Origin: Smithella sp.
GTDB lineage: Bacteria > Desulfobacterota > Syntrophia > Syntrophales > Smithellaceae
Direction of reading: 5' to 3'
Length of the DNA: 64,000 nt
NCBI GenBank assembly: GCA_035350895.1
Contig: DAOPVC010000001.1
Coordinates: 2,304 to 66,303, forward strand
Shown here: positions 53,043 through 61,723 of the stretch, one piece after another
Position numbering within the stretch: position 1 is the first letter of the stretch
How the letters are laid out: each line of letters starts with the position of its first letter
The notes under the pieces: model-generated
What the model was told of the DNA's origin: nothing
Database searches by the model: none
Seen by the model: the letters and a program-made list of their open reading frames with translations, nothing else
Translations under genes and position numbers: made by a program

Positions 53043-53945
53043 ATGAAAATTATCGAATGTGTGCCGAATTTCAGTGAGGGATGCGACTCTGAGAAACTGA
53101 AGGCAATCGCCGGAGTTTTTAAATCCTTTCCTCATGTCCGGCTGATCGATTTCAGCGGGGATGCCGATCATAACCGGAGCGTTTTCTCTTTTTTGGGAAA
53201 GCCTGAGGATGTGCTGGACGCGGCGCTTGCTTCCTGCGGAAAAGCGCTGGAATTAATCGACATGCGCAGGCAATCGGGCGTCCATCCGCGGCTGGGAGCG
53301 GTCGATGTTGTTCCTTTTATTCCGCTGGCCGGAGCGCGAATGAAAGACGCCGTCAATATAGCCCATGCGTTCGGTAAGCAGTTTTCGGAACAATTCGGCG
53401 TGCCGGTGTATTTCTATGGTTTCGCGGCGCGCAATGTTCAATGCATTGAACTTCCGGATGTTCGCCGCGGAGGTTATGAGCGTCTGGCTGATAAGATGTC
53501 CCGCGCGGAAGGTGTTCCCGATGTGGGAGAACGCACATTCAATGCCCGTTCCGGCGCCACGGCCGTGGGCGCCCGGGATGTGCTGGTGGCCTACAATATC
53601 AATCTTGCCTCTGACGATCTGCTTCTGGCGCGGCATATCGCCTCGCGAATCAGAGAAAAGGGCGGTGGACTGAAGAACGTACGGGCGATTGGCGTGATGC
53701 TGAAAGAACAAGGCGTAGCTCAGGTATCCATCAATCTGATCGATTGTAAAGAAACGCCATTGAAGACGGTATTTGACCGGGTAAAAACTCTCGCTGCCGA
53801 GGGAGGGGTCCGGATTCTGGAATCGGAGCTCATCGGTCTGGCGCCGCAGTGCGCTTTTGCCGGCGCCAAGCCCGAATATCTAAAACTGAAAAATTATGAC
53901 GAAAACCGGATACTGGAAACACACATAAAACGTTTATTGAAATGA
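53043..53945 (+). CDS. ftcD: Glutamate formimidoyltransferase (FtcD N-terminal-type formiminotransferase)
   Basis: The MKIIECVPNFSEGCD start is diagnostic of the family. 300 aa. GGGAG lies 7 nt upstream. Confidence 0.85.
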   Translation: MKIIECVPNFSEGCDSEKLKAIAGVFKSFPHVRLIDFSGDADHNRSVFSFLGKPEDVLDAALASCGKALELIDMRRQSGVHPRLGAVDVVPFIPLAGARMKDAVNIAHAFGKQFSEQFGVPVYFYGFAARNVQCIELPDVRRGGYERLADKMSRAEGVPDVGERTFNARSGATAVGARDVLVAYNINLASDDLLLARHIASRIREKGGGLKNVRAIGVMLKEQGVAQVSINLIDCKETPLKTVFDRVKTLAAEGGVRILESELIGLAPQCAFAGAKPEYLKLKNYDENRILETHIKRLLK

Positions 53946-53946
53946 A

Positions 53947-54243
53947 TCATGTTTTTCTCTTGGCTTCTTTCTTTTTTGCTTTTGCCAGCGTTTTCAGCAT
54001 TTTTTTATCGGGAGCGTTGTTCGTCGGCGCGGCAACCGGTTGCGGCAGAACAGACTGTTCTTTAGAAAAAGCTGAAGTCATTTCTTTTTTATCACCATCC
54101 GCTTTATTCCGATCTGCATGTATTTTTTTGGCGATTGCTTCCGCCGCCATTCTGCCGAATTGACCGATAAATCCGGCAATCAGAACCAGGACAATCCATT
54201 TCAGTACAGACCAGGTGCTGATATATTCCAGTAAGTCGTTCAT
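53947..54243 (-). CDS. Small single-TM protein with a Lys-rich tail, hypothetical
   Basis: 98 aa with a TM helix (WIVLVLIAGFIGQFG). It starts 14 nt downstream of the HAD gene on the same strand. A competing + strand ORF at 53942..54163 cannot be fully excluded. Confidence 0.45.
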   Translation of the reverse strand: MNDLLEYISTWSVLKWIVLVLIAGFIGQFGRMAAEAIAKKIHADRNKADGDKKEMTSAFSKEQSVLPQPVAAPTNNAPDKKMLKTLAKAKKKEAKRKT

Positions 54244-54257
54244 TATTTGCTCAATAC

Positions 54258-54872
54258 CTAGATCAGTTGCAAAAGGTCCTGCGGTTTATCGTAGAGATAA
54301 TCAGGCTGAGCGGCTGCCATTTTTTCTTTGCTGTGCCATCCCCACGTCACCCCTACGGTTTTGACTCCGGCTGCCTTGCCTTCCTTGATGTCTCCTGTTG
54401 TATCGCCAACATAGTAAATATTGTTTAATTCGACATTGTATTTTTTTGCAGCATAGAGAATCTTTTCTTTCTTGCTGAACATGAAGTCGGAGCCGAGGAT
54501 GTCTCTAAAATAGTCGTTGTAATGGAATAAATCAAGCGCTTCCTTGATGGAGGCGTAATCGTTGGATGAAACAACAATCAGGCAATGTGTTTTGTGCAAT
54601 TCTTCAATAACCGCAGCGACGGCGGGAAAGGGCTTCATGTCTCTGATTTTAACCTGTGCAAGGATATCCCCGGCCGCTTTCATAAAGACATCCAGATCCA
54701 CGCCTTTATTTTTCAGTGATGTATAAAAATTATCTTCAAAAAGTTCGAGGAACTCTTCCCGGCTGCGTACGAAAGGCTGTTTTATATCTTTGAGACAGTC
54801 GGTTACCGTTTTTTCATAAACATCGAGCGAATCGGCCAGCACCCCGTCAAAATCAAAAATGAACAACTTCAT
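54258..54872 (-). CDS. HAD-superfamily hydrolase (subfamily IA, phosphatase-like)
   Basis: FDFDGVLADS motif I, a VVSSN-type motif II and GDTTGD motif IV. Its start overlaps the mtnA stop by 4 nt. Confidence 0.85.
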   Translation of the reverse strand: MKLFIFDFDGVLADSLDVYEKTVTDCLKDIKQPFVRSREEFLELFEDNFYTSLKNKGVDLDVFMKAAGDILAQVKIRDMKPFPAVAAVIEELHKTHCLIVVSSNDYASIKEALDLFHYNDYFRDILGSDFMFSKKEKILYAAKKYNVELNNIYYVGDTTGDIKEGKAAGVKTVGVTWGWHSKEKMAAAQPDYLYDKPQDLLQLI

Positions 54873-55918
54873 CGCTTGATTCCTCCTCTAAATACCCGGG
54901 AAATAGCGGAGCGGAAAGGTTTTCTTAAAATCCCTTTTTCCGTGATAATTGCCGTGATCAGCCTTGCGGGCGTCACATCGAACGCCGGATTGTAAACGTT
55001 TATGCCTTGCGGCGCACTGCGGACGCCCTTGATGCTGGTGACTTCTTCGCCGTTTCTTTCTTCAATGGGAATAGCCGCGCCCGTTTGTAAAGAAACGTCA
55101 ATGGTGGAAAGCGGAGCGGCAACATAAAATGGAATATTATGGGCCTTGGCCAGGACCGCCAGAGCATACGTGCCGATTTTATTGGCCGCGTCTCCATTGG
55201 CGGTGATTCTATCCGCTCCGACGATAATCTTGTCGATCTTTCCCTGCTGCATCAGAAATCCTGCCATGTTATCCGTAATTAACGTGCAGGGGATTTTTTC
55301 TTTTTTTAATTCCCAGGCGGTGAGCCTTGCGCCCTGCAGGACAGGTCTGGTCTCGTCCACGAAAACATGCAGTTTTTTACCCTGTTCGTTGGCCGCGCGA
55401 ATCACGCCCAGTGCCGTGCCGTATCCCGCGGTGGCCAGCGCGCCTGCATTGCAGTGAGTGAGGATGTTGTCACCGCCGGCAAAGAGTAAACGGCCGTTTT
55501 TACCCATCCGGCGGTTGATGGCGATATCTTCCGCGCAGATTCGTTTTGCTTCATCCGTGAGCTCTTTTACCAGATTGGCTTGTTTCTTGTGATGATTCCG
55601 ATCAGCGACTTTTTTCATGCGTTCCAGCGCCCAGAAAAGGTTGCGTGCCGTCGGCCGCGCCTGAGCTATCTCGTCGCAGAGAGTGAAAAACGTCTGCCGA
55701 AATTTTTCCGGTGATAAAGAGGGAAGGTTAAGTGCGCCCAGCGCGGCACCCATCGCGGCGGCCACGCCGATGGCGGGAGCGCCGCGCACGGTTAAATCTT
55801 TGATACAGGCAATAACGTCTTTGTATGATTTGCAGGTTATATATTTCTCGGCGAGCGGCAAAGCGTTCTGATCAATCAAAACAACAGAATTGTTTTTCCA
55901 AAAAATTGTTTTAATCAT
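54869..55918 (-). CDS. mtnA: S-methyl-5-thioribose-1-phosphate isomerase (MtnA / eIF-2B-related family)
   Basis: VVLIDQNALPL...VRGAPAIGVAAAMG motifs. The likely start is ATG 55918 (MIKTIFWKNN), with GGAG 8 nt upstream. The track ORF extends to GTG 55966 through the repeat element. Confidence 0.88.
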   Translation of the reverse strand: MIKTIFWKNNSVVLIDQNALPLAEKYITCKSYKDVIACIKDLTVRGAPAIGVAAAMGAALGALNLPSLSPEKFRQTFFTLCDEIAQARPTARNLFWALERMKKVADRNHHKKQANLVKELTDEAKRICAEDIAINRRMGKNGRLLFAGGDNILTHCNAGALATAGYGTALGVIRAANEQGKKLHVFVDETRPVLQGARLTAWELKKEKIPCTLITDNMAGFLMQQGKIDKIIVGADRITANGDAANKIGTYALAVLAKAHNIPFYVAAPLSTIDVSLQTGAAIPIEERNGEEVTSIKGVRSAPQGINVYNPAFDVTPARLITAIITEKGILRKPFRSAISRVFRGGIKR

Positions 55919-55932
55919 GGTGAAACTCCAAT

Positions 55933-55991
55933 TTAGTGAGTCCCAAGTTTCAGAAGCGTAGCGCACTGAAATTTGTTGGACGAACTATCCC
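55933..55991 (-). repeat. Hairpin-bearing repeat unit C (inverted copy)
   Basis: Its reverse complement is 53/59 identical to unit A, and 60/69 when extended to 56001. It lies in the gatB-mtnA spacer and ends 14 nt upstream of the mtnA ATG. Confidence 0.8.
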
Positions 55992-56045
55992 AGGAGCGAA
56001 GCGACGTGGAACTGTTGCAGGAACCGACAGCAGCTTGCTTTAGGG

Positions 56046-57488
56046 TCAACCTTGAGGTGGTCCGGCGAGCATCTTTTTAAGAAGTTCGTTGACCAACTGC
56101 GGGTTGGCTTTTCCCTTGGTTGCTTTCATCACCTGACCGACAAAGAAACCAAAAACTTTTTCCTTTCCACCGCGATACTCAGCAGCCTGCGCCTGATTGG
56201 CTTCAATGATGGAGGTGATAGCCTTGATGAGTTCCCCTTCATCCGTAATCTGTACCAATCCTTTTTCCTTGATGATGGTCTGCGGCGATTTACCGGTCTT
56301 GTACATATCCTCAACGACTTCTTTGGCCATTTTCCCGCTGATGGCGCCTTCTTCAATCAGTCTGATCATATCGGCCAAAGACTGCGCGGAAATGGGACAT
56401 TGACGGATATCACGTTTATCTTCATTAAGGAACTTCATGACGTCACCCATGATCCAGTTACTCGCAATCTTAGGTTTCGCGCAGATTTTGACAACGTCTT
56501 CGTAGTAAAGCGCCAGCGCCTTGTCCGAGGTTAATACCCCGGCGTCATAGGCCGGAATTTGATAGTCTTTGACAAATCTCTCCCGTTTGGCCAGCGGCAG
56601 TTCGGGAAGTTCTTCCTTGATTCTTTCTACCCAGGCATCATCCACCAGAATTGGCACTAAATCGGGATCCGGGAAGTAGCGGTAATCGTGCGCTTCTTCC
56701 TTGCTGCGCATGGAATTGGTCGCGCCCTGCGCGTCATCCCACAGGCGTGTTTCCTGAACAACGGCACCGCCGTTTTCCACAAGATATTGCTGGCGCTTGA
56801 TTTCATACTCCAGGGCTCGCTGCACGTTCCGGAAGGAGTTCATGTTCTTTAACTCCGTTCGGGTGCCGAATTCCTTCTGCCCTCTGGGGCGGATCGAGAC
56901 GTTGGCATCGCAGCGGAAGGAGCCCTCCTCCATGTTGCCGTCGCAGATTTCCAGATACACCAGAATTTCATGCAGGCGTTTGAGATAATCGGCGGCTTCC
57001 TCCGGTGAGCGCATGTCCGGTTCGCTGACAATTTCGATTAACGGAACACCGGTGCGGTTCAGGTCAACGTAACTGACCGGATTGTGCTCGTCGTGAAGAA
57101 GTTTCCCGGCGTCTTCCTCCATGTGAATCCGGGTGATGCCGATTTTCTTCTGCTCTCCGTTGACATCCAAAATGACATGTCCGTGCTCTGCCAGCGGATA
57201 GGCATATTGCGATATCTGATAGCCTTTGGGCAGATCGGGATAAAAATAATTTTTTCGGGCGAACTCGCAGGATTTGTTGATTGCGCAGTTTGTCGCCAAC
57301 GCCATTTTCATCGCGTATTCGACGACTTTTTTATTCAGCACCGGTAAAACGCCGGGCATGCCCAGACAAACCGGGCAGGTGTGGCTGTTGGGTGCTCCCC
57401 CGAATTTGGTGGAGCAACTGCAGAAAATTTTCGTATTCGTTAACATTTGGGCGTGAACTTCCAGCCCGATAACTGCTTCAAAATCCAT
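56046..57488 (-). CDS. gatB: Asp/Glu-tRNA amidotransferase subunit B
   Basis: 480 aa. [15 protein letters not shown] start, [15 protein letters not shown] motif and a C-terminal YqeY-like tail. Confidence 0.96.
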   Translation of the reverse strand: MDFEAVIGLEVHAQMLTNTKIFCSCSTKFGGAPNSHTCPVCLGMPGVLPVLNKKVVEYAMKMALATNCAINKSCEFARKNYFYPDLPKGYQISQYAYPLAEHGHVILDVNGEQKKIGITRIHMEEDAGKLLHDEHNPVSYVDLNRTGVPLIEIVSEPDMRSPEEAADYLKRLHEILVYLEICDGNMEEGSFRCDANVSIRPRGQKEFGTRTELKNMNSFRNVQRALEYEIKRQQYLVENGGAVVQETRLWDDAQGATNSMRSKEEAHDYRYFPDPDLVPILVDDAWVERIKEELPELPLAKRERFVKDYQIPAYDAGVLTSDKALALYYEDVVKICAKPKIASNWIMGDVMKFLNEDKRDIRQCPISAQSLADMIRLIEEGAISGKMAKEVVEDMYKTGKSPQTIIKEKGLVQITDEGELIKAITSIIEANQAQAAEYRGGKEKVFGFFVGQVMKATKGKANPQLVNELLKKMLAGPPQG

Positions 57489-58945
57489 TACAGTTTAGGC
57501 CTCCTCTTCTCAATTTTCGCATTTTTCTCGTAAGCAGAGGCAACTTGAATCAGTTTCCCTTCCTCGAAATGACCGGCCAGAAACTGCACCCCGATGGGCA
57601 AACCGCCGGATGTAAAGCCGCAGGGAACCGAGATTCCCGGTATTCCCGCCAGATTGGTTGAAATGGTGAACACATCGGAAAGATACATCTGCAGGGGGTC
57701 ATCCGTTTTTTCGCCGATTTTAAAAGCCGGCGTCGGTGTGGTGGGCGTCAGAATCACATCGCAAATTTTAAACGCCTCGTCAAAATCACGTTTGATGAGA
57801 GAACGCACCTGGGATGCTTTTTTATAATAGGCGTCATAATAACCCGCAGATAAGGCATAGGTGCCGATCATAATTCTTCTTTTAACTTCCGCGCCGAAAC
57901 CCTGCATGCGCGTTGTTTTGTACATTTCCAGAAGTTCGCGGACATCGGCAGCCCGGAAACCGTATTTAACGCCGTCGTAACGCGCCAGATTGGAACTGGC
58001 TTCCGCCGGTGCGATAATATAATAAGTTGCCACACAGTATTGTGTGTGAGGCAAGGAAATATCCACACACTGCCCGCCGCTTTGTTCGATAACCTGCATG
58101 GCTGTTTTCAGGGCGTTATTCACTTCGGCATCAATGCCGTCGATGAAATATTCTTTGGGAATGCCAATTTTCCAGCCTTTAATATCGCGTCCTGCAAATT
58201 GCGTATAATCGGGGACGTTCTCCGGAACAGACGTGGATTCCCTGGGATCGTAACCGGCCAACACATTCATCATGATGGCGCAGTCTTCCACATCCTTGGT
58301 AAAAGGTCCGATCTGATCAAGCGAAGAAGCAAAAGCGATCAGGCCGAAGCGGGAAACCCTTCCGTAGGTGGGCTTCAGGCCCACAATGCCGCAAAGCGCC
58401 GCGGGCTGACGGATGGACCCGCCGGTATCGGAGCCGATGGATGCGATACATTCATCGGCGGCAACCGCCGCGGCCGAACCGCCGCTGGAGCCGCCGGGGA
58501 TTCTTTCCAGGTCCCACGGATTGAACGTGGGGCCGAAATAAGACGTTTCCGTTGAAGAGCCCATGGCGAATTCATCCATGTTGGCCTTGCCGACAAAAAT
58601 TGCGCCGGCATCTTTCAGTTTTTCCACGACGGTCGCATTATAGGGTGGAACAAAATTATGGAGAATGTGTGAGCCGCAGGTGGTGAGAATGCCTTTGGTG
58701 CAGACAATATCCTTCAGCGCCACGGGAATGCCGGTTAATAACTTGATGTCGCCTCTTTTAATGTCCTCGTCCGCCTTTTGAGCGGATGCAAAAGCCTGTT
58801 CCTTCAGCAGGCGGATATAGGCATGCACCCGTTCTTCCACGGCGTCGATTCGTGAAAACACGGACTCGGTAATCTGTACTGCCGTCGCAGAGCCGTTTCT
58901 AATTTTTTTCTGTAACTCGTGTATGGTTAATTGGCTTAATTCCAT
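57488..58945 (-). CDS. gatA: Glu-tRNA(Gln) amidotransferase subunit A
   Basis: 485 aa. Amidase signature [13 protein letters not shown]...[12 protein letters not shown]. Overlaps gatB by 1 nt. Confidence 0.96.
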   Translation of the reverse strand: MELSQLTIHELQKKIRNGSATAVQITESVFSRIDAVEERVHAYIRLLKEQAFASAQKADEDIKRGDIKLLTGIPVALKDIVCTKGILTTCGSHILHNFVPPYNATVVEKLKDAGAIFVGKANMDEFAMGSSTETSYFGPTFNPWDLERIPGGSSGGSAAAVAADECIASIGSDTGGSIRQPAALCGIVGLKPTYGRVSRFGLIAFASSLDQIGPFTKDVEDCAIMMNVLAGYDPRESTSVPENVPDYTQFAGRDIKGWKIGIPKEYFIDGIDAEVNNALKTAMQVIEQSGGQCVDISLPHTQYCVATYYIIAPAEASSNLARYDGVKYGFRAADVRELLEMYKTTRMQGFGAEVKRRIMIGTYALSAGYYDAYYKKASQVRSLIKRDFDEAFKICDVILTPTTPTPAFKIGEKTDDPLQMYLSDVFTISTNLAGIPGISVPCGFTSGGLPIGVQFLAGHFEEGKLIQVASAYEKNAKIEKRRPKL

Positions 58946-59003
58946 AATCTCCCTTAAATCGTTGATTGATATTTCAGATATTCAAAGGTTCCGGATGTAT
59001 GCG

Positions 59004-59315
59004 CTAATCGATGACCTTCGGTACCCGGAAAAACTCGCCCCGCCTGTCCGGCGCGTTGGCCAGGGAATTCTCCGTGCCGATGGAGTCCAGTATTCTGTCT
59101 TCGCGAAATGCGTTGGTTACGGCAATCGCGTGGCTCATCGGTTCCACGCCTTGGGTTTCCAACTCATTTAATTTATCGATGTATAACAGAATATCGTTGA
59201 GCTGAGAGGTGAACTTTTCCTTTTCTCCCTCCGTTATTTCCAAGCGCGCCAGATGCGCCACGTAGTCGACTTCCTGGGGACTTATCTTCAAAACACGATC
59301 TCCTTCTAATTCCAA
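59004..59315 (-). CDS. gatC: Asp/Glu-tRNA amidotransferase subunit C
   Basis: KISPQEVDYVAHLARLEITEGE motif. The true start may be a few codons downstream of ATG 59315. Confidence 0.9.
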   Translation of the reverse strand: MELEGDRVLKISPQEVDYVAHLARLEITEGEKEKFTSQLNDILLYIDKLNELETQGVEPMSHAIAVTNAFREDRILDSIGTENSLANAPDRRGEFFRVPKVID

Positions 59316-59319
59316 CGCA

Positions 59320-60408
59320 CTAAAATACTTTCCAGTACGGGTTTATTTTTGCGACAACTTTGTCGATAATTAATTCACTGGTTTTTTCATCTACTTCTTG
59401 TTCCAGCAAAGATAGTCTTTCATCCGAAAAATGCGTTTCGTCCAGCATTTCGTTCAGCACGGCTTTCACCGATTTGACCAGTCCGCCCAGATGATAACCT
59501 CCTTCCAGCACGGCGACGAAACGTCCCTGACAACAGGCATCGGCAATATTAAGCAGGATGCGCGTCATCGCGGCATATCCTTCGGGTGTGACTTTCATCC
59601 CGCCCAGCGGATCCTGATAGTACGTATCGAACCCGGCCGATAACAAGACCAGTTCCGGTTTGAATTCCAGCGCCACCGGTTGGAGAATCTTGCGAAATAT
59701 TTTGACGAAAGCGGCGTCGCCCACCGACATCGTCAGAGGAACATTGATGGTGTAATATTCACCCTGTCCCCGGCCGCTTTCCGAAATGCTTCCCGTTCCC
59801 GGATAATAGGGATACTGGTGAGTGGAAAAGTACAGAATGCGCTGATCCCCGTAAAAACTGTGCTGGGTGCCGTTACCGTGATGCAAATCCCAGTCAACGA
59901 TTAATATTTTTTTAAAATTATATTTTTGAATGGCGTGCATGGCGCCGATGGCAATGTTATTGAAAATGCAGAAACCGGCCGCCGTGTCTTTTTCCGCATG
60001 ATGTCCGGGAGGTCTGACAAAGGCAAACGCGTTATCTACCTTGCCTTCCACCACGCTGTCTATGGCGTTGCACACACCGCCGGCGGCAAGTTTCGCCGCT
60101 TCGTAAGATTCCGGAGAGGTCGATGTGTCGGGATCGAGAAAGACGCTTCGCTTGCCCGCGGTGCTGGCAATAAATTCTACATAAGATCGGGCATGAATCA
60201 TTTCGATTTCTTCGTGAGTCGCTTCACGCGGCTCGATTTGTGTGAATTTCCAGGACATTAGCGGATTGTCCAGCATTTCATAGATGACGGCGAGTCTTTC
60301 CGGGCATTCGGGATGAGCAAAGCCCATCGAATGCTGCATGTACCTTCCATCCTTGACAATGCCTGTTTTTCTGGACAAGATAACCTTCTTTCTTGAGAGA
60401 AAATTCAA
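59320..60408 (-). CDS. Histone deacetylase-family (acetoin utilisation / acetylpolyamine amidohydrolase-like) protein
   Basis: HPECPERL, RPPGHHA and DWDLHHGNGTQ motifs. Its stop lies 4 nt upstream of the gatC start. Confidence 0.88.
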   Translation of the reverse strand: MNFLSRKKVILSRKTGIVKDGRYMQHSMGFAHPECPERLAVIYEMLDNPLMSWKFTQIEPREATHEEIEMIHARSYVEFIASTAGKRSVFLDPDTSTSPESYEAAKLAAGGVCNAIDSVVEGKVDNAFAFVRPPGHHAEKDTAAGFCIFNNIAIGAMHAIQKYNFKKILIVDWDLHHGNGTQHSFYGDQRILYFSTHQYPYYPGTGSISESGRGQGEYYTINVPLTMSVGDAAFVKIFRKILQPVALEFKPELVLLSAGFDTYYQDPLGGMKVTPEGYAAMTRILLNIADACCQGRFVAVLEGGYHLGGLVKSVKAVLNEMLDETHFSDERLSLLEQEVDEKTSELIIDKVVAKINPYWKVF

Positions 60409-60562
60409 TTAGAATACGGTTCCCGCTTATCATAAATAATTCCAAAGAGCAAAATAAATCACGATATTAAAAGGGATAAAAAAATCAAAACGCACTTTTT
60501 TGTTCGTTTTGGAATTGCTGAATCATGGTGGAAAGGCTGCGTTTCCCCGGGTCACAAAAACA

Positions 60563-60590
60563 TTGACAAAAACGGCAATCAATATATAGG
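60563..60590 (+). promoter_or_regulatory. Possible sigma-70 promoter for tatA
   Basis: TTGACA (60563..60568), a 16-nt spacer, then TATAGG (60585..60590), about 25 nt upstream of the tatA start region. Confidence 0.3.
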
Positions 60591-60614
60591 TATACGTAAC
60601 TGAAAACAGGGGAC

Positions 60615-60863
60615 ATGCAAAAAATGTTTGGCATAGGAATGCAGGAACTTTTGATTATCGCGGTTATCGCGCTCCTGGTTGTCGGTCCCAGGAAATTGCC
60701 GGACCTGGCCAAGTCTCTGGGCAAGGGATTCAGTGAATTCCGGAGAGCTGCTGACGGCGTGACTGAAGATATTAAGCAGGCGGTCAAAGAAGACGAAAAG
60801 CCGAAAAATGATGACGACTGGAAAGATTCTCTCTTAATGAAAAAGCCCGGCAATGAAAAATAA
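60615..60863 (+). CDS. tatA: Twin-arginine translocase subunit TatA/E
   Basis: MFGIGMQELLIIAVIALLVVGPRKLP is the canonical TatA N-terminus. The start may be ATG 60624 (MFGIG) or ATG 60615. Confidence 0.93.
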   Translation: MQKMFGIGMQELLIIAVIALLVVGPRKLPDLAKSLGKGFSEFRRAADGVTEDIKQAVKEDEKPKNDDDWKDSLLMKKPGNEK

Positions 60864-60947
60864 AAACTGATTCATCCGAATAAATATCCTGAATAAATTA
60901 ACAATCCTCTCACATTTTAAAACTGAAAACAGGCAAAATGTTAAACT

Positions 60948-61712
60948 ATGGAAACAACGCAAGCGACCGAAGATAATAAAATGTCCCTGACTGATCATTT
61001 AATGGAGCTTCGGAAAAGACTCAGCCGTTCGCTGATAGCGCTGGGCCTCGGTTTTTTTGTCTGTTACTATTTTAAAGATTTCATTTTTGAAATTATTACC
61101 AGGCCGCTGACCCGGGTTCTGGCAAAGAACAGTTATCTGATTTATACCGGTTTGACGGAAGCGTTTTTCACCTATATGAAAATAGCTTTTTTTGCCGCGC
61201 TGATCATTACCAGCCCCTTTATCCTTTATCAAATATGGAAATTCATTTCGCCGGGGCTTTTGCCCAGGGAAAGACAATATGTCGTGCCCTTTGTCCTTTC
61301 CTCGTCTTTCCTTTTTATCGGTGGAATTCTGTTCGGATATTTTATCGTCCTGCCCACCGCATTTGAATTTTTTGTCAGTTTCAATAACGACTATTTGAAG
61401 GCGATGCTGTCTTTCAAAGATTACCTGTCTCTTTTCGTTACTTTTTTGCTGGGATTCGGCATATCTTTCGAACTGCCGATCTTCATTTTTTTTCTGACCA
61501 AACTCGGTATCGTCAACGCCCCGATGCTTTCCAAACAACGCCGATACGCTATCCTGATTATTTTTCTGGTTGCCGCCGTTCTGACCCCTTCACCGGATGC
61601 CTTGAGTCAGATATTAATGGCAATTCCTTTGATGTTCCTGTATGAGGTAAGCATCTTTGTTTCCAAGTTTGCCGAAAAAAAGAAAACAGAATCTGCACAT
61701 GATGAGAGGTAA
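60948..61712 (+). CDS. tatC: Twin-arginine translocase subunit TatC
   Basis: 254 aa with six TM segments. LTDHLMELRKRL start and TPSPD motif. Confidence 0.93.
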   Translation: METTQATEDNKMSLTDHLMELRKRLSRSLIALGLGFFVCYYFKDFIFEIITRPLTRVLAKNSYLIYTGLTEAFFTYMKIAFFAALIITSPFILYQIWKFISPGLLPRERQYVVPFVLSSSFLFIGGILFGYFIVLPTAFEFFVSFNNDYLKAMLSFKDYLSLFVTFLLGFGISFELPIFIFFLTKLGIVNAPMLSKQRRYAILIIFLVAAVLTPSPDALSQILMAIPLMFLYEVSIFVSKFAEKKKTESAHDER

Positions 61713-61723
61713 TCGCTAAAATT

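Noticed and set aside
53942-54163. Plus-strand 73-aa ORF overlapping the ftcD stop.
   Set aside because: It competes with the minus-strand 98-aa ORF, which sits in operon position after the HAD gene and has a more protein-like TM segment plus charged tail. The plus-strand ORF has no ribosome-binding site and overlaps the ftcD end. The call remains uncertain.
52821-56001. The inverted 60-69 nt repeats bracketing ftcD to mtnA, read as the ends of a mobile cassette or composite transposon.
   Set aside because: There is no transposase, integrase or target-site duplication visible. One end is a tandem pair of diverged units, and the enclosed genes are ordinary metabolic genes. The repeats are oriented with the downstream genes, which fits a regulatory or leader role better.
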